Shown here: piece by piece, positions 11,926 to 26,110 of the stretch | Layout of the letters: the number at the start of each line of letters is the position of its first letter | How positions within the stretch are numbered: position 1 is the first letter of the stretch | Origin: Leucoraja erinacea | Taxonomy: Eukaryota | Assembly: GCF_028641065.1 (NCBI RefSeq) | Contig: NW_026576619.1 | Location: 372,001-436,000, forward strand | Direction of reading: 5' to 3' | Length of the DNA: 64,000 bases | The notes under the pieces: generated by a model | Databases searched by the model: none | Told to the model about the DNA's origin: nothing | The model's input: only the letters and a program-made list of their open reading frames with translations | Program-made: the position numbers and the translations under genes

Positions 11926-14900
11926 GTAAGCCAAACATGAAAACATTGTTTTCTATTTATTTTATGGTATGATCTATAGACAAAGAGTCCATGAACATCC
12001 CAAAATAATTCTCCCAAACTGCTGGAAAAATATGAGATGATAAAATAACTTTATTTTAAAGTGTTTGAAGGATAATTATTTGCCCAGGTCACCAGGGAAT
12101 ATAACTCATGGACATTTTAATGGCCACCTAAGGGGCAGTTTCAGCTTGGGTCTGGGGTAAATGATGGAGAGGAACTTCCATTATCACTTGTTGAGTTTTT
12201 CCTGTCCTCACCTCTTCCAGCTTGGAGAACGGTCCCGACTGGGAAAAGTTACCTATCCATGTTCTCTGAGATGCTGTCTAATTCCCTGTGTCACTACAGC
12301 ACTTTGAGCCAGTGTGAGTGATGAGCTGAATGGAGAACTACCTATGTTACGGGGATTTCAATGCATTTGCCGCATAAAACAATAGGCTCTGCTAATACTC
12401 CATATGAATACTAAGCACTTAGTATCATCAGGGTGTGTGGGACTAGGTACCATGTGGATCTTTATCTCTAGGCAGAGCCCCCAGCAATAGACTCGGTGAT
12501 GATTGCAGGGTGGTGGGGGGGGGGGGGGATGAAATTAACCACAAATGAGCAGTGCCGGCGTATTACATATTACGTATTTTGAAGGCAAGCCTACAATTAA
12601 ACTGGGTGTTACTGGATCAGCTCCTGCCGCTGGGTGAAATAGCTTAGGGTGTGCGTCTTTTTGGGGTGGGGGGTGGGAGAGTGTTTGAGGTTTACATGAG
12701 ACTAAAATAATGGAAAGGGGTTTGTTTTCTGTAAGTGTGTAAACGGAAGACCAGGTGGCCTCTCTGGAGAGGGAAATGGTTCACATTCTAGTCTGGTTCC
12801 TATAAAGATAAGTTAGTAAACCGTCACATTGTAAGTTGCAGAGAAGGGTGTGGGGTGGAGATAGTAAAGGGAATGTCTGATTGGGATTGTCTGTGCCTGA
12901 GACCAAGACTGATTAAATTACACAATGGTGGTGTTGTCAGCTGAGAGGGGATAATAAAGACAGTTGTTCTGTCTGGAGGAGATACAAGTAGAAGAATATG
13001 AATGAGAACAAAAAGAGGGAAGGAAAACAATGCTGGCACTGAAAGATACTGGCACTGCAGTTGCTGGAAATCTTAAATAATGCAGATATACTTAAAATTC
13101 AGCATTTGTGGGGAGAGGGAGAGAGAACAATTACTGTTGGTGATTGTTCGATGATAACTGTCCAGACCTCAAATCAAAAAAGTTGTTTATCTGAGTTGGT
13201 TGAGTTTCATGTATAGTTGTAGAATCACACAATGAAACGTGCTCTTCGGACCAACTCATCCATGCCGACCAAGTTGTTTAAATCCTACTTGCCTGTGCCA
13301 TACCAATCCATGTATCTGTCCAAGTACTTTTATAAATGTTGTAACCACCTCAACCACTTCATTTGGCAGCATATTCCATGCACACACCACCCTCTGTGTG
13401 GAAAAAGTCATCTTTCATGTCCCTTCCAAATCTTATGCTTCCCACTAATTTGAATATGATCTGCAAAAGTTGCTAACCTTGCTACCTACATTCACATGCA
13501 AATCATTACCATTAATAATGAACAGCAGTGGTCCCAGCACTGATTCCCGTGGCACACAACTCTCTCCAATCCTCCAGTCTGAAAAACAATCCTATACCAC
13601 CACCTTCTGTCTCTGCCTTCAAGCCAGTGTTGTATCCAATTGGTTAGCTCACCATGGATCCCAAGTAATCTAACCTTCCAGACATGCCTACCATATTGTA
13701 CCCTGACAAAGGCCTTGCTAAATCCCATGTAGACAATGTCCTCATTAATCTTGTTAGTGAAAAAAACAATCAACTTTGTGAGATTATTTCCCTTGCGCAC
13801 TTCCATGCTCACTATCCCTAATCAGTTCTTGTCTTTCCAAACACATGTAGATCCTGCCTTTTCTGAATCCCCTCTAATAACCTGCTCACCAATGATGATG
13901 GGCTCATGTAGTTCCCAGGCCTTTCCATGAATATTTCATGGATAGAATTTCTTCCCGAGTTTTGAACTAAAGGACTGTACGTGAACAACTGTTTCACCTT
14001 GGTGTATTGATTGGGTCATTGGATGATGTGTAAGAAAGCAAGAAATGGGCAGGAGTTGGCTCTTCTGTGGTTGTACAGAGTGTGTAATAAGAAAGGAAGT
14101 GCATGTTGGTGGAGATAGACAGAATGAAGCAGGGAGCGGTGGAAGGTATGTTCCCTCTGCAATGCTGAAAGGCAAGTAGCATTACATTGTAGGAGGCGGG
14201 AGACACAGAGAATGATCCGTGGAAGATGCTTTTCAAAGGGTAACTGTGCTACATAACTCCTTCAATCGACGATGGGGTGATATGCAATCATGCCACTCCA
14301 ACTTCAGTGACACCTCACAGATACCTTTAATGCATTCCCTTTGTTCCCTTTATCATGTACCTGTCCACTGTGGATGGCTCCATTGTAATCATGTGTTGTC
14401 CTTCTGCTGACTGGTTAGCACGCAACAAAAGCTTTTCACTGTACCTCGCTACACATTACACTAAATTCAAGCTCATTGGAGTACTTGTTGTGCTTTCAGA
14501 AACTCCACAGGGAAGGAGAGTTCTGGAGGTTAAAATATCCCGAAGGGGTTAAATTATTGAAGAGATTCTTCCACCTTGAGAATCCACTTGATGCATTCAA
14601 GATTTATTTGGGGAAATAATGAAGGATTGAGGATGAACCTGTGCTCTCTATTTTCATTTCTTTATTTACTGAGGAATAGTATCTTTGGCACTGTTTTTGA
14701 TCTAAATCTTTGTCTGTGGCCTAAAAATAGTTAACCAGAATGTGAAATTTCATTCCATCTACGTACAAAATGCAGGCTGATGGGTCCCATGCTGGGCTCC
14801 ATTTGGGAAACCAAAACTCCACCAGGCCCCCTTGGATAGAAGTTGAATGTAGCATTTTGACGACTGCCCTAGTAACCCGGACCAATGTTTACCCTTGGTT

Positions 14901-15556
14901 GAGATAATTTAACAAACCATATGAACTAATCATTGCTATTTGTGGAAGATGATTATGCACAGCTGCGCTGTGTTTCCAATGCTATGAAATGCAACCACAG
15001 AATGTTTGGAGAACAATAAGTAACCTGAGTTAATATAATTATTACAATGCTGTGATATGGTCCAAGGTGTTCTTCAGGAATGAGCTACTAAAATATTCCA
15101 AACATTCACAACCTACTGCAGGAAGAAGTTTCTTATTCCCTAATCCTAAATGTCAATCCCTTGTTCCACACCAGAGGAAGATGTCTCTTGATATTTCCCA
15201 TCAACGACTCCAGGAAGGATCTTCTGGAACTCAGGGCCCAGGCAGATGAAGGACTATCAGCCATGATCACATTGAATGGCGGTGCTGGCTCGAAAGGCCA
15301 AATGGCCTACTCCTGCACCTATTGTCTAATAGTACCAACGGTGGAACAATGGAAAATGTGCGCGTGCAAGGACAGAATTAGAAATCAGGGGTTAAAGACT
15401 ATAGTTGGAGTAAAGGGTTGGAACTCGAGAAAGATACTGCAATAGGAACACACTCTTCTTAAATTGGTGAGGATTTAATTGAATACCAGTGAGTTGGGTT
15501 TCTGTAGATGGAAGTCATCGTGCAGTTCACTGTTAATCTGTGTTCATGTGTTGCAG

Positions 15557-15661
15557 AAAAAGCGGAAACGGATCGACAGAAGCATGATTGGTGAGCCCAT
15601 GAACTTTGTACATTTGACACACGTTGGTTCAGGAGATATGGCAAGCCAAGGATTTTCAAAG
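15557..15661 (+). CDS. CDC42SE1: CDC42 small effector, coding exon 2 (basic patch + CRIB: [35 protein letters not shown])
   Basis: ttgcag| acceptor, AAG|gtgaga donor, 105 nt, phase 0-0. CRIB motif I-G-E-P-x-N-F-x-H-x-x-H-V-G. [10 protein letters not shown] and adjacency to C1orf56/BNIPL favour SE1 over SE2. Confidence 0.93.
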
Positions 15662-18600
15662 GTGAGATGTGGTTCTGAAATGACATGACGTCCCCCGTTT
15701 CATAAATTGATGCTCACTGGATCAATTCATATGCACCAGATAACTTGACTGAAACGCATTCAAAGCCTTTAGAGAAATTTAATAAGAGTTACACTTCCCT
15801 TTAATTCACTGCAGTTCCAGTCCCAATCCAAATGAAATACAGGCTCACATCACCAGTGCAGTACTGAGCATGTGCTAATGTTGGACTTGCTGCGTGGTTT
15901 AAGTATCAAGGAATACGTAGTTTTTTATTTAGAGAAGCATGATTCAAATAAACTGTCAGCATGGTTCTATAAAAGGAAAATCATGTTTGACAAATACAAT
16001 AGAACTCTTGAGGATTTAACAAACAGAGTTAATAGATAGGGACCAGTAGATGCATTGCTTTGATTTCCAGAAAGCTTTAAATGAAGTGCCACATAAACAG
16101 TGGTTGTACACGATAACAGCTCATGGATAAACACACAGCTGGAGTAACTCAGCAAGTCAAGCAGCATCTCTGGAGAAAAGGAGTAGGTGACATTTCAGGC
16201 GAGAACTCTTCAGTTTGTGTTATTGGTGAAGCATGTTAATTTGAATTGAAGACATGAGAGATGGAGAACACCAGAACAGTTTGAAATAAGCGCAAAAGGA
16301 GGCCACCCTGAAGCCTGCCAGCCCTGCCACTCGATGTTATCATGGCTAATCAGGCCTGCTGTTTCAAAAGTTACAAATAATTCACAATCTATTACTATTA
16401 GTTGCCAATTTGCTTGTTTCACTGCATCATACTCAGTTGTTAAGTTGTAATTTCATTTTCCATTCCACAGACAAATTCTAAGCCTACCTTAAGAATCGAT
16501 GCATTGTCATTTGCCATTTTATTAAAAAAGATTGATAGATGTTCCCAAACCCCGCATTAATTGGCACAGTTGAGTTTCCCTGTGTCATACATCATATTAT
16601 CCCTCAACTTCGCAAACAGATTAAGTAGCAATTTATTTCTGATGTGTGAGCTTACAATGCCCCCAAACTACTACATTTCTACAAGGCTACACTTTAAATA
16701 TCCTACATTGTAACTGAAATCCATTGAGCAGCCTGACATCATGTATTAATGCAACCTCTATATCTTTGAAGTGATTGTCCCTAATTGTTCTGCTAGTGAT
16801 TGACATGTAGCAAGAATGAATCCATTATAATGAGCAAAGGCATCTACCAGCCAACCAATTAATACTCAATAATAGATGATGTATTTTCTGAACCTTAATT
16901 AAACCAGACAACTTTCTGCTTTGATACAATAACTGGTCTGCTTGAAGTTTGGGGTACTGTTAGACATTGTTAAGACAGATTGCAAAAGTTGAAATTTGGG
17001 GAGAGAGGTAGATTTAGATAAAATTGAGTGTTTACACAGCGAAATGGTAGTTGGAATGAAGAAACATTCAAAACTCATTATAATCTGCAGCAAGGGTTTG
17101 TGCATTCTGTGGTTGGAGTTGTTAAATTAAATTACATGACTAAATGTCAGATGAGGTTGGGACAGATTTGGAAATGATCAGTACACATGCTTTGGATTGA
17201 AGCTCCTTCCATGATGGGTGTGGCAATAGCCAGATACTGTCAGTTATATTGGCACATACACTGCTGCTCTTGACACATGGCTTGTAATGGCAGCCAGATG
17301 TAGGCTGGATGACGATAGAAGGGAGGAAGTTATGACATTTTTTAAAAGCCTTTGCATAGATAAAAGCAAGATTGTGTAATTTCATCAGAAATATACCTTA
17401 TCTGGTGCATGAAATTTGCATGAAGGAAAAGTTAATAGCTATTATTAACAATGTTATGCCAGTGATTTCCAGAGAGCATGGATAGATTTTGAGAGATGAG
17501 GCATCATGGTGTTTTAGGGTGAGATCCTCCTATTTATTGAGATGAGGCACTTTGATAAAGGGTGCATAAAATGTTATTGCAAATAATGAGAATTAATGTA
17601 CTGGTGTGGATAGAAGATTGAGTGAAACATGAGACATAAATAGATCTTGTTCTGATTGGCAATGTGCAATGCATTGTACCACAGGGACCAGTGTAGGCTG
17701 CCTCAACATTTTTCAGTTCATATCAATGATGAATACACTAAAGTTATGGTTTTCTAACTTCACTGGTGACACAAAAGTAGATGGGAAACCAAATTGTGAG
17801 AAGGTCTAAAGAGGCAACAGTGATTAGTGAAGATATAATGTGGAAATATTGGTAGAAAAATACAATGAAATGAGCTAAATCATAAGTAATTACAAAGGGA
17901 TCGTGGTATCCCAATACATAATTTACAAAACGTTAATATCTAGGTACAACAAATAATTAGCAGAGGTAACAATGTTGTTGCTTACTTGAGGATTTGGATG
18001 CTAAGGTGGGTGTGCCTGGGTGGGAGGTTTATGCTGAGTTATACTGGCTATTCTTGAGACTACATCCTCTATGTACAGTCCTTAGTTATGGAAAGATGCT
18101 CATGCATTGAAAGCAATTGTAAGGACCTGAGAAATGGGAACATCAGCAGCAGCAGGCTATCTGGTCCTTAGAGTCTGCTTTACTATTCATTTCAATCATT
18201 GCCATTTTCTCAGAAATGTTCGGAAATCAAGTTAAATATATTTGGAATGAATACATGATTGATCCTGCAGAGCCACCTGGGTTATAGAATTCTGAAAAAT
18301 GGACATGATATGCCAGCTGTCCTGCACAAAGTGTTGTACAATTGCAATAAGAATTTGTCATTCTTGTATTCAGCTCTCCTTGTACTTGTTACACCTGCAT
18401 ATTGGCCATTAACAACTTGTGTTCAGGCACACTGCCGCTTCTTATGGATGGTTGACAGGGAACGACAATCCATTTCTTGTCCATGGAAATAGCTGTTTGA
18501 GAGCACATAACATTGCCAAAGTGTTATCTGGTTGTCTAGTTTTTCAGTTGATGTAATTTTGTTATGTCCAATTTGGCTGCTGCTCATCCTTGCGACATAA

Positions 18601-18730
18601 CTGCATTTCCCTTGTTTGTGAATTGATTTGAAAGGTGCCAAATAAATGAGAGGTGCTTGTTGTGCTCTGATATTTGGTCCTGATGATGCAGGAGAATTTG
18701 TTTTCACTTTTATTTTATTTTTCTCTGCAG

Positions 18731-18808
18731 TCGGGATCTGTTCAGGAACGGATGAAGTCCAAAAGTGGACTAGTCACAAATTCTGCTACCGACACAAAAC
18801 GACCATAG
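18731..18808 (+). CDS. CDC42SE1: CDC42 small effector, last coding exon (SGSVQERMKSKSGLVTNSATDTKRP*)
   Basis: Long pyrimidine tract + tgcag| acceptor. VQERMKSK resembles SPEC1 VQEQMRSK. TAG at 18806-18808; the exon continues to a gtaagt donor after 18834. Confidence 0.88.
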   Translation, partial: SGSVQERMKSKSGLVTNSATDTKRP

Positions 18809-19229
18809 CAAAGTCCAAGGTGTCATTGCGGCAAGTAAGTCTAATGCTTAGACCTCAGAGCTTGGAGACAAACTGTTGGTCACAATATTCACTACAATTC
18901 AAAGGTACTGCATTTGCTGGCAACTGCTTTGGAAAGCATTGAAGGTGTATTGTGGAGAAAGTCTTGATGAAATATAAAATATATTAAACCTTTCAACTAG
19001 GGTAGAGTTATAGTTGAACTAACAGTCATAAACACAAGCCATGAAAATCAATGTTGAATATACAAGGCATACAATTGATTACCAAGCTAGAAAACCAGAT
19101 ACTGAGGTGAATATGAGTGGGAGAGTTAGAATATTGGAGGTACAAGATTCATTGAGGGAGGGATACTTGAGATCAGAGCTTCAATTAGGCACTTTCTAAT
19201 AGTGGCATAGATTCGTACAGTACAGAAAC

Positions 19230-19450
19230 AGAAGATAAACACAAAATGCTGGAGTAACTCAGCGGGACAGGCAGCGCCTTTGGAGAGAAGGAACGGGTGA
19301 CATTTCGGGTCGAGACCCATCTTCTGAAGAAGGGTATTAACCTGAAATGTCACCCATTCCTTCTCTCCAGCGATGTTGCCTGTCCTGCTGAGTTACTCCA
19401 GCTTTTTGTGTCTACAGTTGAAACCAGCAACTGCACTTCCTTCCTACACA
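19230..19450. mobile_element. Palindromic Penelope pLTR-derived element
   Basis: ~90-bp inverted arms joined at cttctgaagaag. Confidence 0.82.
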
Positions 19451-20147
19451 GCACAGAAACAGGCCGTTTGGCCCACCAAGTCCACGCTAACCATCACACT
19501 TGCCTTATACTAGTCCTTCTTATCCACTTTTGGCCCATGGTTTGCTTATTTTGTCAATTCAAATGTTTGTCTAGATGCTTAAGTGTTGAAAGAGTATCTT
19601 ATTTCCCCCCTCAGAAAGAGTGTATAGTTTTTTTAAAGTTTAGAAATACCCTGTACATCTTCGGACTGTGGGAGGAAACCGAAGCTCGGAGAAAACCCAC
19701 GCAGATCACGGGGAGACCGTACAAACTCCGTACAGACAAGCAGCTGTAGTCGGGATCGAACCCGGGTCTCTGACGCTGTAAGGCGGCAACTCCGTGCAGC
19801 CCTGGCTTTTACAGGGAAATTGTCAAGTATTATAACACGTTAAGTTAGGTTTGGAGTTGAGGCAGGTTATTTAAAAGGCCTTTGGACAGGTACAAGGATA
19901 AGAAAGGCTTAGAGGGATATGGGCCAAATACTGGCAAATGGAATAACCTTAGATGGGGCATCTTGGTTGGCATAGTCGAGCTGGGCTGAAGGGCCTTTTT
20001 CTGTGCTGTATGAGTCGATGTAATCCTCTGAATAGAAACTTGAGCTGTAGTTTTTGAGAGCTGCCTAATGTTAAAATTTGACTTGGACCTGAAGAGCTTT
20101 GATTAATGCAGTATTGAATATGTGGGCAGAGAAAATCATAAGGAGTT

Positions 20148-20639
20148 TTTCAAAGCTAAAAAATGGTAAATTCTTGAGTCACCTGATCTGAACCCAATAG
20201 AGCATTTTATATGCTGAAGAAAAAACTGAAGGGGACTAGCCCCAAAACAAGCATAAACTAAAGATGGCTACAATACAGGCCTAGCAGAGTATCACCAGAG
20301 TAGACACCCAGCAACTGGTGATGTCCATAAATCGCAGACTTCAAGCAGTCATTGCATGCAAAGGATATGCAACAAAATACTAAACATGACTACTTTCATT
20401 TACATTACATTGCTTGTGTCCCAAACATTATGGTGCCCTGAAATGGGGGGACTATGTATAAACACTCTTTGTAATTTCTACATGGTGAAACTAAAATGTA
20501 TATAAATGGCCTTTATTAAAATCTGACAATGTGCATTTTAACCACGTGATTTTTTTTTTCTATTACAAATCTCAAATTGTGGAGTAGAGGCAAATAAATA
20601 AATGATGGGTCTTTTTCCCAAACATTATTGAGGGCACTG
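20148..20639 (+). mobile_element. Tc1-like DNA transposon 3' fragment (IR/DR type)
   Basis: Decayed transposase end with SPDLNPIEH and RLQAVIACKGYATKY*; terminal ...GAGGGCACTG followed by TA; two TCCCAAACATTAT direct repeats. Confidence 0.85.
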
Positions 20640-21205
20640 TACATATTTGGATGTCAGATGTGGATAGATCCAACTGGTGGTAATGGCCACTTCCATGTTG
20701 ATAAATGCTCATGGATGAGCTAATGCAGAAATGATGGAATATGCATTGTTAGCATGCAGGCTGGTGTCCTGCTCCACGCGAGTCTCCATCCACCCCTGCA
20801 TCATCTCCTTATGAGTTTCCTCCCACCCTAGCCTCCTACTATCTACTCTCTCTCGTGTCCATGGGTCATAAGTTCTAGGAGCAGAATGAGGCCATTCTGC
20901 CCATCAAGTCTACTCTGCCTCATAGCTGATCTATCTCTCCCTCCTAACCCCATTCTACTGCCATCTCTCCGTAAAAGGTATTATGAAATATTTTTGCCTT
21001 AGCCCCTTGAGATGACTTCCACATATTCCACATACTTCTCTCTGGAGATGGAATTATCCCCAGAATGTCCAGTAAAATTTATGTTTATTAAATATATTGA
21101 TAGAAAATATCTCCAATATTGAAGTTTGTATATGTTGATCTGAGTTGAACTTGGTGCTGACATGCTAAAAGTCTAAATGGCTTTTTCCAATCATTAATTT
21201 TCCAG

Positions 21206-24200
21206 GTAATGACCTGCTAATGGATCGAGATGAACTTCCTTGACTGCTCCTAGAACTTATGACCTCTTACAAGAAGTTGCCTTCTGATGGTTTGGACTAA
21301 TTTATACTTGGGACATCTGTTCTTCATCCTGCTCAAGAAATCAGCACTGATGGTTCTTTGTCCTTTTGAACTTAAATGCTACAATTTTCTAAACAAGGAA
21401 GGGACATTGATCTGCTGAATCTCTTCGAATGCTTTCCAGAAATTTTCTAAATCTGTTTCTTTATATTTCTCCTTGGACTCCAGGTCATGTTGCTAGATAT
21501 GCTGTATATTGAAAGTGTAAAACAGTATTTTGTTGGATGATTTTTGCCTGAGGATGGAGAGAGTTTCTGCTGCTTAAAGTAAATACTAACTAAATTGGGA
21601 TAGTGGTATTGTTGGTGAAGTTGGGTGGGTGGGGGGGTACATTAGATCGGGGTTGATGACCTAGAAGCTTAAAAAATGTTTGAACCAATTTAATAATTGA
21701 CAACTTGCTTACATTTGGAAACTTCTGGAAATTTTCCCATTGGAAAAACAGATGGCTCCCAATGATATCCTCGTCACTCTGATGCAAATTCGACCAAATT
21801 AAGCAGAAGGATCTTGCTAACTGCAATTTCTCCACAGAGAAATTTCTCAAACTATCAGCTTTGCATTATGACTCCAGTATCTGTCACAAGTTCCTAATGG
21901 GGGAAAAAAAGCTAAGTGTTCCTTATATTTCTAGTTTTCAAGAGAACATCTACTGGTGCTTTTTGCATACAAGCACTTTGCGCTTTCAAAGCTGAGGTGG
22001 AGGGAGGAAGAAATATAGTTAGATTTTCAGCATTCAGATTTGCACTTTTCTGGTGGTGTGGAAAGCGCACCACAATCACATCTAGTTTCCATGACGGTCA
22101 GATTTATTGCAGAGCAAAGATGCTGATCTTGGCCAAAGTTAGCCTCGGGACATCTCCCTTCAGGATGAACGAGGAAGAAAGAAATCCAGTTCTGATTGCT
22201 ATGGAGGGGGGATGAAGTAAGAACTGCTTATCTACTAACGATCTTGAACAGTGAATGTCCTGATATGATAGCTTCTGTGTTGTCTTGCATGTAAAATGAT
22301 TGTTGGGTAAAAGTCACAAGTTGCAAGCATATGTGTTTTCAGTCAATCAATTTCACAGGGCATCAAACAATTCTCCACATGTGGTTGGACATTTTGGCAA
22401 GAGTGATTTGCATACATTTGTACAATAATGTCTAATGCAGATCAGCAATAGTTTTTTTTGCAACATGACCATATTTCCCTTTCCCATCTAATATAGCGCA
22501 CACCTGTGTATGTATTGCACAGTTACAATGCAGGCTTAGGCCAAAGACTATTGGTCAAACCATGGCACTTTCTGAAAACATGTTCATTATCCACTTTTCT
22601 CATCCATGATTAACTACAGGGCATTTTCTATTGGTTTACAAAGCATTTTTTCTCGCCTTATAGAACCTCCCAATTGATATTCTGCTAGTAATCCACCATT
22701 TTAGCAATGAATACATGGGAATTAATTTTAATAAGAAATATTTTGCATTATTTTCACATGAAATCCTCATGAACTGTTGTTTCCTTTGGTTCCAGTGCAG
22801 TTCCTATCAATCGGAGTTCTTGATTCATTTGTGCAATGCTTGACAAACTCTTTGATCTGTGTCTCACAGCCCAACAGGTTTGCAGAAACTGGGATAAACT
22901 GATTTAATAAATAGGATTTGCAATCAATTAAGCAGCCCAACTGATCCATCCTGATCGTTGTGCTCTTTATCAGTTTTTTTTCTCACCCTAATCTAATCAA
23001 TTTATTCTGTTGGCAATTTCTTCTATAATTCTTCCTCCTGCATTAATGAAAACTGTTTGCACATGCAAATTGCAGAGTAAGACTTTAAAGTCTTGAAACC
23101 CACATCCCACCACTCCACCATCATCTCTTTGTACCAGAGAGCAATGTTATTTTCCAGTAACAGCATTCCAATCAGTAACTTGGTTAGAACAGTCCTACAT
23201 TTCAAACCCAATGTGGCAGAAAACAATTTTAGCATTTACTGTATTGATGAAACTTGTTTAAAATGCATATGATTGTTGGATTATAAATTGGGATGCTTCA
23301 TTCTGTCAAGAACTATAGAACTGTATGTTAGGAATGTTTCCAAGACTAACTGAAGAACCTTCATTTCTGGTTCAATCTGACCTCAAATCATTACCAGTAC
23401 ATTTAAGGTGACCCTTATGTAATAGTCTTGTTTTTTTGTTACTGTCTCAATTAATGACACAAAATGGAGTATTGATTATGCAGCTTAAGTAGTAGCTAGC
23501 TAAATGTGCACCCCCACAGGACTGCTTTGCTACAGAATAGCTTCCCAAGTTATTTTAACCCTAGTACTGTAATCATGAATGTTGGATGTGTTCTGTTTCT
23601 GAACTATATGCTTACTCTCTTCCTCATACATTCTCATGGTGTTGAAAAATAGATTTGGCTTGTTTCCAGGTGAACATCAAACTCCAGGGTTATTTGTATC
23701 AAATTTATTAGGTCTAAAATGATGAAAAAATTACAGTTTGAGAAAATTAAATCTATCTCTGTGCCAGAACTAATTGATAGACAAATGAGCCGTGACCACA
23801 GTTAATGAGTTTGGCGATACCCAAAGATGTTGTGCGATTGATGGTTGTTCAACCACACATTTTATGATTAAACGAGTTTGCAAAATATCTCAATCTGTTC
23901 AAGATCACAAGATAAAGTTATTCAACCCATCTTGATCAATTGTGGAATCCAACCATCCTGTACATTAGGTCACAATATTTCCTGCTACTGGAGAAGGCCT
24001 TGCTATGCACTTACAAGTAAGCATATTGTATCACTATTCCTGCTATTATCAGGATCCCAGCCACCTGCTACTTTACTGGAATTGAAGTACAAAAACATGC
24101 TAGTTCTGTGCAGATGAGATTGAGTTGCCAATGTGGGGTTGGTCCTTTGAAATCTCCATTTTGCACTGCATGCTGAGTAGATTGGCTACTGTTGGTAATA

Positions 24201-26110
24201 AAGGCTGATTACTCTTTGGATAGACTCTGCCTTTGTCATATAGTGCTGAATGGTATCTGTGCAATTCGGCAAGGGTGAGTGCTGACTTTGTCCCTGATCT
24301 CTTTTCACTGGTGTACATGGAAAGAGCACGCTATTTGTATTTTTTTAATGTACATTTTGTAATATTTTGTTTCACCAAGTTTCTGGTTCCTGGCAGTTGA
24401 TCTTTCCAGGAATTGGGCTGCCCTCCTGTGGACACTCAGGCATGTGTTTTGCCCTAAGGAGGAGAGGGAGTTGGATTGAGCTAAACCAAGTCCTATTTCT
24501 CAATCACTGCCTCGCCCAAACACTCGTCAGGAATCATTGGATAATGATCAGAAAGACCAGTGATCTGACTCTCTTTTTGATTTTCCTTCAAGATGTGCCA
24601 AGTTAGCTCCCTTGCAATCATCCCTGACTGTTTTAACACAAACTGGAAATGTAACCTGGGTCAGTTACAGGCTATTTTTCTCCCAATGAATCACCAAGGA
24701 GAAGCTGTCCGCCTATTACTTAAATGGAAAACCTGGTCTACGCACTTCCTTATGCTGGGGAAACTGGCAGATACTCAAATAATGGGACAAAGTACTGAAG
24801 CTACCTAAACCAAACTGTTGGGAGGTGGGCTAGTTTGGACTATATTCTAATGATACTGGCTTTACTATTTTGACCAACTAAAACAATTATGTCACTTCTC
24901 AAAGTTTGTATGTTGTTGACAGCTGGGCTGCTCAAATTAAAAAACAAACAGCAAAATCATTTTTTGTGTACACTGACAAATAGCTGGGCTATTTCTTGTC
25001 TGTGACTAGTAGTCTAATTTCTTGGCCCAATCATCAATGATAAAGCATAAGATATCAATGATACATTTTTATATATATGGTAATTGCCTAAATACAAAGG
25101 TCTCTTTAGTTTAGAACTGCCAACGGGATTGAATTCTACACTGTTATTGCTGATGCTATATAGATAGCAGGGAAATCTGATTGGAAAAATTGCCTTTAAA
25201 AAGCTTGGCGTGTATGAAATAGCTGGTGTTCAACCGAATAATAGATTAATTACCGGATCACTTTAAGATGAAAGTGTAGAAAATGTCACTTGAAATAAAT
25301 GTTGATTATTTCTGAGCTTGCAAGTGGACTTGCTGTATTACACATTACAGTTTTAATCTTTCTTATTTAGCTGTAACTATATCACAACCTTTTTCTGTCC
25401 TATTGAATGTGATGTGGTGAAATTGCTTTTTGTAAATATTGCCACCATTGTATGAATGCAAGCCATATCTTGATACTCACTGATGGTCCACATTATCAGG
25501 AAATCTTTTCTCTCGGTGTTCTGTGAAATAAGATAAGGATGATTTTATAAAGTTCTTTCCAAAGGGTCTCTCTTTTGATTAATGCATTCTCAGAGGAATT
25601 TTCAGTTCATCTTAAACTTAGCCTTGTTCTCCTGATATTCAAGTAGATTTGCGTCACACTGGTTACAGGCTGACGAACAATGACCGATTTCGGCTCGGCA
25701 TTGCTAAATCCAATTGCAGTGTCTTCGCTGCTGTTTTGGTTAACATTAGCTTTGTAAATGCACACCACAAATGGTTCTGTGGATTTCACAGGATAATTCC
25801 CCTCCACATTGTTGTGGAATGATTTGTAACCACGTCAACAATAAGTGTAATGGGTTTAAGTATGGAAATTAAATGGGTAAGGCCGAAGGGGGCTCCTCGT
25901 GTTTTGCCAATGTGTCTAAAACTGACTCCTTGCTGCACTAATGCTGCACAGTGGCCATGGAACAAATAATTCCATCAGATGACAGCATATTACAGATTCT
26001 CTTTGTCTGCATGAGCTTTACACTTTAGGATGTCTCACACGTTATTCTTTTGGGTAACTCCGCTGCTTCTGTATGACAAACGGATTTTATTTGAGAAAAT
26101 ATAAATAATT
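21206..26110 (+). other. CDC42SE1: Probable terminal non-coding exon / ~5-kb 3' UTR of CDC42SE1
   Basis: ttttccag| acceptor at 21205, followed by an AT-rich stretch nearly free of recognisable TEs. The 3' end is uncertain. Confidence 0.5.
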
